NCBI RefSeq assembly: GCF_026571515.1
Contig: NW_026859211.1
Coordinates: forward strand, 124,001-188,000
Source of the DNA: Ruditapes philippinarum
Lineage: Eukaryota
Reading direction: 5' to 3'
Length of the DNA stretch: 64,000 nt
The notes under the pieces are model-generated. The model ran no database searches, was not told the origin of the DNA, and saw only the letters and a list, made by a program, of their open reading frames with translations. The translations under genes were made by a program, and so were the position numbers. Every line of letters begins with the position of its first letter. Positions within the stretch are counted from its first letter, which is position 1. Of this stretch, positions 39,970 through 52,129 are shown one piece after another.

Positions 39970-41691
39970 ATGGAGGTATCTGGAAAGGTAACTTCGACAT
40001 CAAAGACGAACTTTAACCTCTACTGTATTACGTGTGATACAGATGGATTAAAGGAGCCAGCTTACGGATTTTGTCAAGACTGCCAAGAACATCTTTGCAA
40101 AAGTTGCTTTCAACATCACAGAAGGTCAAGGCTATCTAGAAACCACGTACTGCTTGATAAAGACGCTATGCCAACACAACAAACAGCCGTTGACGTAAAT
40201 ACAGACGTCATTACTGACAACTGTACCAACCATAGGGATAAACCACTGGAGTTCTATTGTAACAATCACAAAACTGTAGCATGTTATGTCTGTGTGACAC
40301 TTGAACACAAACAATGTAAAGTTGACTATATTCCTGATGTTTCAGGTAACATATCTGGCGAGTTGATAGATTTGAACAAAAAGATGGAAGATTTAGTCAA
40401 GAAATGTGAATATAACATTATGAAGGCTTCAGCTGCTACAAAGCAACTAGAACAAAGTCGTGGAAAAGTTGTTGAAGACATACGGCTCTTGAGAAAGGAA
40501 ATAAACGATCGGTTAGATGAGATGGAATCTATGATGATAAAAGAAGCTGAAGCTGTTGTTAACACAGCAACCTACAAAATCAAGAATATCAAGGTTGTTT
40601 GTGAAAAAATAGCCGAGGAAGTGAAACGTTCACAGTCAATTCTTAATGCCCTGAAGGAAGCAAAAAAGCAGAATAAGCTTTTTATTGTAATGAAGAACGC
40701 CACACCACGTATGATGACACTGGAAAGTGAAGAAATACAGATTGTCAAAGATAATATGACATATGACGACATTCAATTTGACCGGAACGAAAAGCTGCTT
40801 GATCAACTGAAAAGTGAGAAAAACTTTGGAACAATTTCAACATACAGAAAACCATCAGAAGATACTGAAATATGTGCGAATAATGAAAGATCGCACAACG
40901 TGACTTTTCCTTCTGATAAAGAAAGAAGCAATGTCGTTGGGATGGTAATGGTTTCTGCCACAGAAATGGTCATCGCTGATTACGATAATAAAAATATTAA
41001 AATGATAGATGTAAACTCAGGATCGTTGTTGTCAGAGGAAACCCTGTCTTCAGCACCACGCGATGTTATAAGACTTCCGCAAAATGACCTTGCTATTGCA
41101 TTACCGGGTGAAAAGTGTATCCAGATAATGTCTTATATTGATACAAGTTTGTCTTTAGATCGTCGTATAGATGTCAGAGAATTATGTAATTGTGTAGCTT
41201 ATTGTAAGGACAAGCTAGTAGTGGGCTGTAATTATAATCTAGGAAAGCTGGTTATTCTGGGTTTAGACGGAAAATTGATTCAGGTGTTTGATACTCCTGG
41301 ATTGTTTGATAGACCTAAAAATATTGTTATCAGCAGAGATGAGAAGTTCATGTATGTGTCCGATTACAGTAGATATATAGCTAGCAAGTGTATAAAGCTA
41401 GACTGGCAAGGTAATGTTGTACAAAGCTTCACGGATAAAGGATATAGAGGTCCTCAAGGAATACAGGAGTTGTCAGATGGTACATTGTTAGTCTGCTACA
41501 ACGGCAGTCACAAAATTGTCAGATTGTCGAGCAGCTTTAAGAAATGTGAGATCACAGGATTAGAGAAAATAAACCTTTTCTTTCCAAATGCCGTAACATA
41601 CAGTGAAAGCAATAACAAATTATATGTTAGCTGTTCTTCTGATAAGGTGTGGGGTTCAAATGATACAATAAAGGTGTTCAATGTGAGATAG
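39970..41691 (+). CDS. RING-less TRIM-like B-box/coiled-coil/NHL-propeller protein, copy 4, 573 aa
   Basis: Intact ORF; first 72 aa identical to copy 1. Confidence 0.93.
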   Translation: MEVSGKVTSTSKTNFNLYCITCDTDGLKEPAYGFCQDCQEHLCKSCFQHHRRSRLSRNHVLLDKDAMPTQQTAVDVNTDVITDNCTNHRDKPLEFYCNNHKTVACYVCVTLEHKQCKVDYIPDVSGNISGELIDLNKKMEDLVKKCEYNIMKASAATKQLEQSRGKVVEDIRLLRKEINDRLDEMESMMIKEAEAVVNTATYKIKNIKVVCEKIAEEVKRSQSILNALKEAKKQNKLFIVMKNATPRMMTLESEEIQIVKDNMTYDDIQFDRNEKLLDQLKSEKNFGTISTYRKPSEDTEICANNERSHNVTFPSDKERSNVVGMVMVSATEMVIADYDNKNIKMIDVNSGSLLSEETLSSAPRDVIRLPQNDLAIALPGEKCIQIMSYIDTSLSLDRRIDVRELCNCVAYCKDKLVVGCNYNLGKLVILGLDGKLIQVFDTPGLFDRPKNIVISRDEKFMYVSDYSRYIASKCIKLDWQGNVVQSFTDKGYRGPQGIQELSDGTLLVCYNGSHKIVRLSSSFKKCEITGLEKINLFFPNAVTYSESNNKLYVSCSSDKVWGSNDTIKVFNVR

Positions 41692-42669
41692 ATTATTAAT
41701 ATGTTTTGAATGCGAATATATGCTGAAATGTGACACATTGGATATAATCAGTAGTAGACAGATTATATTATTGGGAACATACTAAATTAAAAATAGACAT
41801 CTTCTATTCAAAGTTGATAAACTCTAGAAATTCAGATTAATGTTTAACAGAAAAATGCATAATGAATGTAGATTATTATTTTTAAATCAGACTAATTATT
41901 AACTTAAGATCATCATTTATATACCATGTTAAAGAACAACCTATTAGTATGACTTTTCAATTAATCATTTAATTGTCCAGTGAATATCCCCGCTTTGTTT
42001 TTAATTGATAAGTCTGCAATGAAGGAATGTTAGCTGTTGTTTTTTTGTGTGTAAATAAAAATATTATGTTAAGTTATACTTTATTATACTAAACAAATGT
42101 GGTTATTCTCTTTCAAATGCCATAATAAAAAGGAATATGAATATTTCAATACGTACATGTGGGCAGAAAAGTGTTTGATTTGTAATAATTACTGCATGAG
42201 TGATCCTTGTTGACTTCATCAGTGATTTTGAAAATGATATAACTATTTGCATTTCACATGGTTTCAGCTGAATATGAACAAAATTGTTGACCATAGTTAT
42301 TTATTTATATGTTACAGACTCTTTACATTTACAATGCTATATTTCATATTGATAAAAATGATAAACAATAGAAGCTTATCTTAATATTTGTGATAGTAAT
42401 TGACATGCTATGTTGTGCTGTTTTTGCAAACAATTACTGAATATAAAATTCATGTTTGTATGATGTATTATGTACTGAGATGAATAAATTTGATTGATTG
42501 GATTCGATTTGATTTGAATTACGTTTACATCCCTGGTTAATCATACAGAGATTTTATCTTTTTCCATTTTGCCGTTTTGGATAGCCTTAGCAATACTGAT
42601 GTAATTGATATTTGGTTAATTAAATTACAAATCTGTGGATGTTTCTTCATTCATTTTTCATCATTAACT

Positions 42670-45529
42670 CGTCGCCCTAATTCCATAATGATGTAAGTCG
42701 TATTTTTACCATTTTGAGAAAATCGACTTCAAAGATTTAACAGGCTATATCTTCACACTTACTCAACAAATTTTAATATAAAAAACATCATAGTGTGCAG
42801 AATTATTTTAACTTTTACACTTTTAGTTACGAAGAAGTTCCTGTAGACAGTTTTTTAAAAAATCAAAATAAAAGAAATGAAAAATCACTGAAAATATATT
42901 TTGTTGACAAAAATACAAGAACCAGAATGATGTAATAAGTTTCAGCAATGTGACCCTAAAATATCATTACATTTAGGAGTTAAAACAGTGTGAAATAATG
43001 ACTATTTTACTGTTTTATACTGAAATTATATTAAATTTAGACGTAACTAGAAATTGAATGCTTTAACAAATAGTCTGGATCCACATTTATTTAGGCACCA
43101 CAGAGCATGTAATGTAATCAGGATCAAAACAGTAAATTTAGTCTTAAAAGTCAATAATAGAAATCCAGACAATGCGGTGAAGTGTGAATAGCCACGAACA
43201 GGCATTTTAAGATTGAAATTGAACTCGGGCTTCATTATCTTATGACCATTTACATGAAATAGTGAGCCTTGCAAATGAACAAAAAAAATATTTATTTACT
43301 GATTTTGTAAAAGTATCACATTGAGTTAAACAAAATGAAATCAAAATTTAGGAACATCGTCATTGTATTGATATTTACCACATTAAATAGCAAAACTTTT
43401 ATCATATGATATGCTATTTTCACATTAACATTGTACACTATAAAATATTTGGAATTCAGATTTACATTTGGTTTCGTTATTATATCATTAATTCATTCCA
43501 AATTCAATTTTGAATACCTGTTACTTGCATACAAACAGCATGTTGAACACAATTTGACTTACAAAACACACAAAAATGTTTGAAAGATGTAACTGCTTCA
43601 ACTTTGAAAAACAACATTAACAATGAGTTCATTTCTCTGTAACATGAAAAAGAATAAACCTATGTATTTTACTTTTCTAAGAACAGCATTACTTAATATT
43701 TTGTTTTTAAAAAAAGAAAAATATGAAATACAACTCAAAGCTCACAAATTTTCAAAGATGCTACAGATCTGGATATGGTGTTTCAATGAACTACTGTACT
43801 TCAATTACTTCAAGTATTTATATATCAAGTGGCATACAACTTCTTTACATACAATAACAATTAAGTATACGTTTGCTATTAATGTTTTTAACTGAACTGT
43901 TTACATCAATAACTCATTCGTATAAAATCAATGGTCAATATCTAAGAGTTTCAGTCAAATATTAATTCTATTTTACTTCAACAAACATTTGATGAAACAA
44001 ATATGACAATTTAAAGATTCCTTAATGTTTTATATGGTCTTAAGACTTTGTAACTTTTTTTCACGAAATCATTTTTTCTACGTTTCAATCAAATGACAAT
44101 TTTTAACTAAGCATATTTTTTTTTCTTTTTAAAAATAGTTTTGGTAATGGATAATTTTCAGATCACAGGTTCGAATCACTTGATAATTAATTACAGGTAG
44201 TATTACATTACGAGTTGGAAGTAGATGTACCAGAATTATTTTTAACTTAGAAACTTAGATTAATTTTGCTTTGCATGTTCCAATTATTTAAGAAATTTTA
44301 GCATAAGATTATGTTGACAAAATGGTATAGACTGACACCCTGTTGATTTATGCAAAATAGCTGAGTAGGTCATTAGGGTGGCATTCTGTTTAATAAGTAT
44401 TTGTTGTGCAAATGACATCTCTTATTCCATTTGTATTCAACGCTAAATGGTGCATCTGAGACAACTCGGTCTCAGCTTTTAAACTTTTGTTATAGGGATA
44501 TTATCAACTTTAACCCACCATATAGGCTTTGACGTTTGGACGTACTGTTTTAAGAACACAAACGAGTGATGTAGGACTGAATACTTCTGCAATTTTAAAA
44601 GTGTTTTGTCTTTCTTCCTATATTACAGTGGGTATTGTTAACCACTGTGGATTGCATAATGCCTCGGACAGCAAAACTTTTGATTTTTTTGTGATCGTTT
44701 TATAAAAGTGCAGAATTTTGAAATTATGAAATTATAAATTATGAAATAAACATGATTAACATAATTTAACATCAGTTATGAGTGGTAAAGTTATATATGT
44801 GTAAATTTTATTCGAATCTCTTAGCACCAGTATGTTAATTTGTCTTATATAGTAAAAGAAAAACATTGTACAAAATGTAACAATGGCAGTAGTATGATTC
44901 CATTTGATGAGTTTTGTTTGTAAGTTAAAAGTATAAACAATCTTATGCAAAACCTGATTGTCCGTATTTAATGGTAACATTGATCAATCAATCATATAAT
45001 CAATCACATATCAAGTTATTAACAGTTGATACTTGTGAATATTGAAAGTTTGTATCAATTTATCCGATTTCCATGCTATCCGAATTTCATAACACAGCAT
45101 GGTGCTTTGAATTTAGCTCAAGGGTTAAGAGTAGTTATTATTTCTTTTTAAGGTTTGAAACAGTTCAATAAAAAATTAATCTATAGATAATTAGATAACA
45201 TCTAAAGCTAAACACTTACATGTTATCAAGCAATATAAAACGTAAAATGTCATTCCTGATACCTTGAAAAATCAGCCATTTTGTCAAAACAGCATCACGT
45301 GACTAGAATCTTAACAAACTATTGGTTCAGAAGTTACGATATTATGGACTGTATTTTTATCACAATTTTTGGACTTATAGCACTCTGACCCATTCAATAT
45401 ATTGTAACAGGCAAGAACCAGAGTGATGTTGTTCTAACCATTAGATAGAGACAAAAATTACGAACATTTTGATACCAAACACTCATTTTTTTCAAAATTG
45501 GAGTTATACACTCTGGAATTAGGGCGACG
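42670..45529. mobile_element. Non-autonomous DNA transposon with 16-bp TIRs and 4-bp TSD (possibly Sola-type)
   Basis: AACT-CGTCGCCCTAATTCCA...TGGAATTAGGGCGACG-AACT. The empty site cattAACTgttgaa is present at ~519-532. Confidence 0.85.
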
Positions 45530-47216
45530 AACTGTTGAATTCTGCTTAAACCGGTGATAAGGGGCCTAGACAATAGCTTGCATAAATTACTTAATTACTG
45601 CACGATATTCACTTCTTTTTGTAAGTTGATTAACATCTAACATGCCCTATCCATCATTTAGTGTCGGACGTTTTAAGCTATATTCTCTTATGTATCTGTA
45701 TTTGTTTTTCTTTTTAATTCACACAAATTGTTTTCAAGTTTAAATAACCAAATCAGTGATAAGCATTATAATATGATGCACTATAATAATCTGTTAAAAG
45801 GACATTATGCCTCAGAAATCATTTCTTTTATTCTTGAGAAAGGCCGAACATGTGTTTAACAATTTCATTATTGATTCGGGCATGTTAGATGTCAAAAAAC
45901 TGAAACAATAAATAAATATCGTGCAGAAATAGTTACCGTCCGTACTAAAAATAGGGCTGTATAGTATTTACAGACCCTTTAAAACTATCAACCGTTACGC
46001 TCTTGTAATTTGAAATGCAGTAGATGAGGGGTTACATGTACAAGTTTATTGAAATTCACTTTTTTAATGTACAAAGGTCAGGTTGATATATTGAAATATC
46101 ACAGAAAATGGGTCCAGATCTGGAGGAGATTCTATTATAAAAACGGCTAATTATTTTTTGAAATATATGCATATAAATATAAAATCAAGAAAAAACCCAA
46201 AAAGATTTAAAATAAATGCAGTATGTTTAAACAATAGTTACATCTTGTTTATCAAGTTTATCAAGTTTATCTTGTTTTGGGACGGAGTTGAATAAATCAA
46301 ACGAAAATTATGAATTATAAAAAAGGCAAATATCTATATTTAATGGCGATTTCCGCAAGTATCTTCAATACATTATTGCAGGTACGAACTGGCTTAGTAA
46401 AACTGACAACATTCAATAATCTTCTAAAAAAGGAAAGAAGGAGCGATCGGTCTCTCTTTGACAGTCTGCTTAAATACTTTGGCGTATGTCTGGCTTATAA
46501 CTATTCAAATGACGTTATCCAATAAAAATTCCATCAGGCTATTCAAACAGACGGTATAAAAAGGGAATCTATAACTTTTTGACTCACAGAACAAGTGACG
46601 TCTAATAGATTTACAGGCACGTGGTTCCCTTTGTGAGGCTGACATTTTTGACAAATGCGCATTTAAACAAAAAAAGAGCCCTAAAAGTGAAATATTTTAT
46701 CCATGTGAACTCAAATTCATGATAAATAATAGTTTGTCAGGCTTTCAATTTAAATATATAATGTTTATATTCAAGGTCAATTAGTGACGAGACTTCTAAG
46801 AATGAATAAATAAATTGCATTATGAATTTTATGTTTTAAATGATATGGTTTTGCCGTGTCATAGATGTCTGATAGTATATATTCCTTGAAATCAACGTGC
46901 ATGTCTTCGTCCCGTAAATGTTCTTTTAGTATATCCTTAAATAGCACTCCCCTTCTATATCTGTTTAGTAACAGCACACGAAGACAGCACGCGCAGTCTA
47001 GCACGGACCATAGGGACTTGAAACACTGTAATCAAATTAAACGCAAACGGTTCTTACCGTATTAACAAAAAAATCCCAAGAAAATTCATGTATTCGCTTT
47101 GTAATAATTACCAAACCATCAATCTGAAAACAACTTTATGCGTTCGTCTGTTTTGAATAGAACAAGAACCCATATAATACTTTGGACATTGATTTTGCTT
47201 TTCGGAATAACTTTAA

Positions 47217-47393
47217 AGATCCTGTATGATTTGTGCTGTGTGTATACCACACTTACAAAAAATTATATATGTATATAATTATGCAAATAAAACAATTTTC
47301 AAACATCCAAGAATTTGTAAAATGTGAACTGCAAATATTTGTGCACATTATATTTAATCAATAAATTACATGCATTTATTTCTTATTGGAAAA
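47217..47393. mobile_element. Truncated copy of the TTAA MITE
   Basis: TTAA-AGATCCTGTATG... collinear with 38244-38433. Confidence 0.8.
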
Positions 47394-49344
47394 AATTAAC
47401 CTGAACTATCGTTTGCTTCTGTTAATGTTTGGCAATTTAGTTTGATGATTATGATAAAGTAATTTGTATGAAAGTCAAATACTACTTTGTTTACATTTTG
47501 CTACTTAAATAACAATTAAAAACAATTTGACATTCATAACTACTTTCTTGAGGTGATAAGCACCTGACTTTCTCTAATTTTATAAACGTTATAAAACCAA
47601 TGTTTGCTATTTTAACAGAAGAAGAGAATATTCCTTTATGAAGTAATGTGCCTTTACCGTTCAGTAAAGAACAGGAAGTAAGGGTGGAAGCATAGCATAA
47701 AAGAGATGGACCGAGTGCCAAAAATGTAGTTGTTTTCTCACAAAAACGTGTTCATTGAAATACACTAAAAAGTATTTATACGTATCATAATAATTATGTA
47801 AATTTCAGAATAGTCTTCCAACAGTCTACATAAAGTCTGTTTTAAAATTCTACTGCCATTTCATGTTTTTATGCTTTCTGCTGTCACTTCTGATAGCTGT
47901 GGCGTCAAAGCGCACACTAACTAGATTGTGTCTCGCCGAAGAAACACGACGTCAGCGATATGTTTCATTAAACGGTCGCACGACGTTGTCAAAGACATAC
48001 GTCACCGACAATAAAATGTCGTAGACTACGACACGTTGTAATTGTGTAAGCATACTACGACATTATAATTGTTGTCTTTTTAGAAAATCAAACTTAATAC
48101 AAACCATATCAAGGATTGAAGCAATGTATAAAAACAGGTATTCATTATCTATATTGGGCTGTTGAAATATTTGATTATATAAAATATAATGTTGAATCCA
48201 GTTATCTTACCATTTTTCCACTTAGTCTCTTTCCATACTTTGATATAGTTAAGTCTGGTTTGTTTTGCTGGTGCGAGTGTACATCATTTGACAATGATTT
48301 GTACTTTTTATATCTCTTTCTAAGTATTTATAAAAAACAAAGCTTTAATACGTGTGTGTGACGCTTAGATCAAGGGAGCTTAACGTCATAATGTACGTGA
48401 CAGACACAGAGAGTTGTTTCCCTTGTATACTAGAATATTCAATCTTACGCGTTTCAAAGTTCAGGTTGAGACAGGTTAAAATAAAGCTAAGACATTTTTT
48501 ATTTTGTCTCCTTCAAATTGTAAATAATATTTTTATGACCTTATGAACGTTTGCTTAACGTTATAATCATTTTTCTCTATTTAGATTTTATAGTCCTACC
48601 TTTCATGTAAATACAAATATAACAATACTAAAAAGTTAAATCATCTAGACTTTGTTCTTTTTTGATACAAAAGAGTTTTATTTATTCAAATTGAAATAGG
48701 ACACTATCTTTTAAAGAATTCATGGAATTATACCTGTAAACCAAGTTACAATAAAAAGTCGCGTAAATCATATTGGTTTAACAATCAATCGATATGTTGA
48801 ATAAGAAGCACATTAGATATAATCGGTTGTTGCCTAAACAAAATTGTTTAAAATCGCTCGCCTTTTAATTCAGTAGACAATGGTTACTCGTAATTTATCA
48901 TATACTTTGATCATATCAAGTTTGTCATGAAAGAGACAAATAAATTGTAGAGTGGATATAGTATATAAAAAGAGGGCTTTTTCCGGCGGTATAAACTCTC
49001 AAATTGGATATCCGAAAAGGTAATGATGTTGCTTTCATGAAACCCCATTGGATCACTCACTTTTAGATCTGATCATCTGGACTAAAATATTCAAGTTATA
49101 ATTATTAAGGTGTTTCTTAATAGCGTATATCAATGTGAAACATTGAATATTTAACATATAAATAACAATGTGGCTGTAACTGTCAGCTAATTTTAACTTT
49201 ATACTATGTTAGTTAGGAAATAGAGATCAATTCTGAGTGCAATGTTGTAGAAATATGCACGGTTTGAGTTCAAATGCGTAGTAATAACAGGCCTTAGTGA
49301 TTAATTACAAAGCATTTGAACAAAAAAACGTGGATTATTATACA

Positions 49345-49695
49345 TTATCACACACCCGTGCCGATTTTGCGACTCCGTAAATATGGTATTGCACGGCCGT
49401 GCATATATTTTGACGTGACGTCATTAGCGTTATACAAACAAAGAGTAAAGACGCGCTAAATGTTAGCGTTATACTATAGGCGCGTCAATGAAAAATTATT
49501 CTTATTTCACTTTAAAAGGTCTTTATTTTGGGTATGTGATAAATAGAATATTAAATTCGTGTAAGTTCATTACTGAATTTATTGCACTCGTTGAATAAAA
49601 TAATATTATGCTCGCCAGAGGCTCGCATAATATAATTTTATTCAACTCGTGCAATAAATTCAGTATTGAACTTACACTCATTTAATATCCTCTAT
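49345..49695. mobile_element. Crypton-like insertion with ~150-bp palindrome
   Basis: Absent from block A. Arms tgtaagttcattactgaatttattgcac..ttgaataaaat and attttattcaa..gtgcaataaattcagtattgaacttaca around gctcgccagaggctcgc. No TSD seen. Confidence 0.65.
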
Positions 49696-50410
49696 ATAAT
49701 GCATGAAGAATTAATATCTATTTCCATTCTAACACGTCATGAAAAAATATAATAATTATTACATAGTTGGACTTTATGTTTGGTGATTAAATTTGTTTTC
49801 GCCTCAGAGTTTCCAATAGAAACGTTCTTTAAAGACTGTTCCAGTGGGTTGAAAAATCTTAAATCTACCGTGTGTAGAATAACAAATATTGAAAACGTTG
49901 ATTAAACTTTGTTTGTTTATTTTATTTCACTTTATATTTTTCAACCAAAATACAATGTAATAATAGTGAAATAAATGTGAAATTTAACTCGTTTGCGACA
50001 TTGAAATAGCGTTCTTGATTCGATTGTGTTTGCACGTGCTGTTTAGCGCTACATTGTGACGTCACGTAAACAAAACTGTAAACCTCTATACAGTGTTATC
50101 GACTGAATTAAAGATATTGGTGTTCGAATTAATTTTCTTAGTTAGACCATTTTCTTTCATTCTAAATAGTTTTCACAACAAAATCCGACAAAAAAATGTT
50201 TTTTTTTTATTTATCAGATTTTCAAACAAAAAGGCGCCGTCAATGTGTCGGTTTAAAAATACACAGAGAGGTAATAAGAACGACGAGTGCATTGTTGTAG
50301 AATAATGAACGCATCCGGCCTTCTTTGTTTATACAGAGAAATTTCCGATAGTGTTAGAATATGAAATTGTTACACCGCTGTCTAATTGAAGATGTCTTTT
50401 TCAGACAAAC

Positions 50411-52129
50411 ATGGATGAATCTCAAAAGATTATTGCTGAAACGAAGCAGAGCCTGGAATTATACTGCCTTCCATGTGATCAAGATGGTTTGAAAGTGTCG
50501 GTTCATGGATATTGTCGAGACTGCAAGGAACACCTCTGCAAAACTTGTTTTGAAAATCATACAAGGCCGAAGCCATGTAGGAATCACATTCTGCTTGATA
50601 TAAACGCCATGCCAGATCAACTAACGACCGTTAATATAAATGAAAAAGCATATTCCGAAAACTGCACCAACCATATGGATAAACCAATGGAGTTCTATTG
50701 TAACAATCACAAAACTACGGCATGCTATGTATGTGTTGCACTCGAACATAAAGAATGTAAAGCAGAATATATTCCTGATATGCCAGGAAACGTATCTGGT
50801 GAGTTCATAGATTTGGACAAAAAGATGGAAGTGCTAGTCAAGAAATGTGAAAGTAACATTATGAAGGCTTCAGCTGCTAAAAAACAACCAGAACAAAGTC
50901 ACGGAAAAGTTGTTGAGGACATACGGCTTTTGAGGAAGGAAATAAACGACCGTTTAGATCAGATTGAATCGGTGTTGATGACAGAAGCTGAAGCTGTTCT
51001 TAACACAGCAAACTACAAATTGGAGAATATTAAGGTTGCTTGCGAAAAATTAGCCGGAAAGGTGAAACGTTTACAGTCATTTCTTAACGCCTTGATGGAG
51101 GAAAGCAAGCTTAATAAGATTTTCACTGAATTGAAAAATGTCGGACCACATTTTATGACACTAGAAAGTGAAGAAATACAGATTGTCAAAGATAATATGG
51201 CATTTGACGACATTCGATTTGATCGTAACGGAAAGCTACTTGAGCAGCTGAAAAGTGAGAACAGCTTTGGAACAATTTCAACATACAGAAAACCATCAGC
51301 AGATACTGAAATATGTGTCAAATATGATAAATCGCTCAACGTGGAATTTCCTTCTGATAAATCGCAAAGTAATGTTGTTGGGATGGCAATGGTTTCTTCC
51401 ACGCGAATGATCATTGCTGATTATAATAACAACAAAATTAAAACAATAGATGTAGAAACTGGAACGCTGGTGTCAGAGAAAACCCTGACTTCAGCACCAC
51501 TCGATGTTACAAAACTTCCAGAAAATAAACTTGGTGTTGCTTTACCTAATGAAAAGTGTATCCAGATAATGTCTTATACCGATACAAGTTTGCCTTTAGA
51601 TCGTCGCATAGATGTGGGAGAAAAGTTTTTTTGTGTAGCTTATTGTCAGGACAAGCTAGTAGTGGGCAGAAATTGTAATCCAGGAAAGCTGGTTATTCTA
51701 GATTTAGACGGACAAATGATACAGGTGTTTGATACTCCTGGATTGTTTGATGGACCTAAAAGGATTGTTATCAGCAGAGATGAGATGTTCATGTATGTAT
51801 CTGATTACTCTCGTAGCAAAGATAGCAAGTGTGTAAAGATAGACTGGGAAGGTAATGTTGTGCAAAGATTTGAGGATCAAGGATGTGAAGGCCCTATAGG
51901 AGTACAAGAGTTGGAAGATGGTACTTTGTTAGTTTGCTTATACTCCAGTCGCAAAATTGTCAGATTGTCGAGCAGCTTCAAAGAATGTAAGATCACTGGA
52001 TTAGAGGACATAGACCTTTCCTATCAACAAATTGTAACATATAGTGAAAGTAATCACAAGTTATATGTTAGTTGTTCTTCTGAGCACGAAAATGTTTTAA
52101 AGCATACAATAGAAGTATTCAAAATGTGA
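50411..52129 (+). CDS. RING-less TRIM-like B-box/coiled-coil/NHL-propeller protein, copy 5, 572 aa
   Basis: Intact ORF after acceptor TCTTTTTCAG|. Zinc ligands retained; N-terminus divergent. Confidence 0.9.
   Translation: MDESQKIIAETKQSLELYCLPCDQDGLKVSVHGYCRDCKEHLCKTCFENHTRPKPCRNHILLDINAMPDQLTTVNINEKAYSENCTNHMDKPMEFYCNNHKTTACYVCVALEHKECKAEYIPDMPGNVSGEFIDLDKKMEVLVKKCESNIMKASAAKKQPEQSHGKVVEDIRLLRKEINDRLDQIESVLMTEAEAVLNTANYKLENIKVACEKLAGKVKRLQSFLNALMEESKLNKIFTELKNVGPHFMTLESEEIQIVKDNMAFDDIRFDRNGKLLEQLKSENSFGTISTYRKPSADTEICVKYDKSLNVEFPSDKSQSNVVGMAMVSSTRMIIADYNNNKIKTIDVETGTLVSEKTLTSAPLDVTKLPENKLGVALPNEKCIQIMSYTDTSLPLDRRIDVGEKFFCVAYCQDKLVVGRNCNPGKLVILDLDGQMIQVFDTPGLFDGPKRIVISRDEMFMYVSDYSRSKDSKCVKIDWEGNVVQRFEDQGCEGPIGVQELEDGTLLVCLYSSRKIVRLSSSFKECKITGLEDIDLSYQQIVTYSESNHKLYVSCSSEHENVLKHTIEVFKM

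Larger units (their letters stand above)
24498..41050 (+). repeat. Duplicated block A (counterpart of 47396-64000)
   Basis: Collinear similarity starts at ttaacctgaactatcgtttgcttctg in both blocks. Same order: leader, TRIM, TRIM pseudogene with SINE, NRF1-like exons, TRIM. Confidence 0.9.

Noticed and set aside
46320-47030. Coding-looking stretches (ORFs 46310+, 46777-)
   Set aside because: No recognisable domain, internal stops, and no consistent exon chain found.
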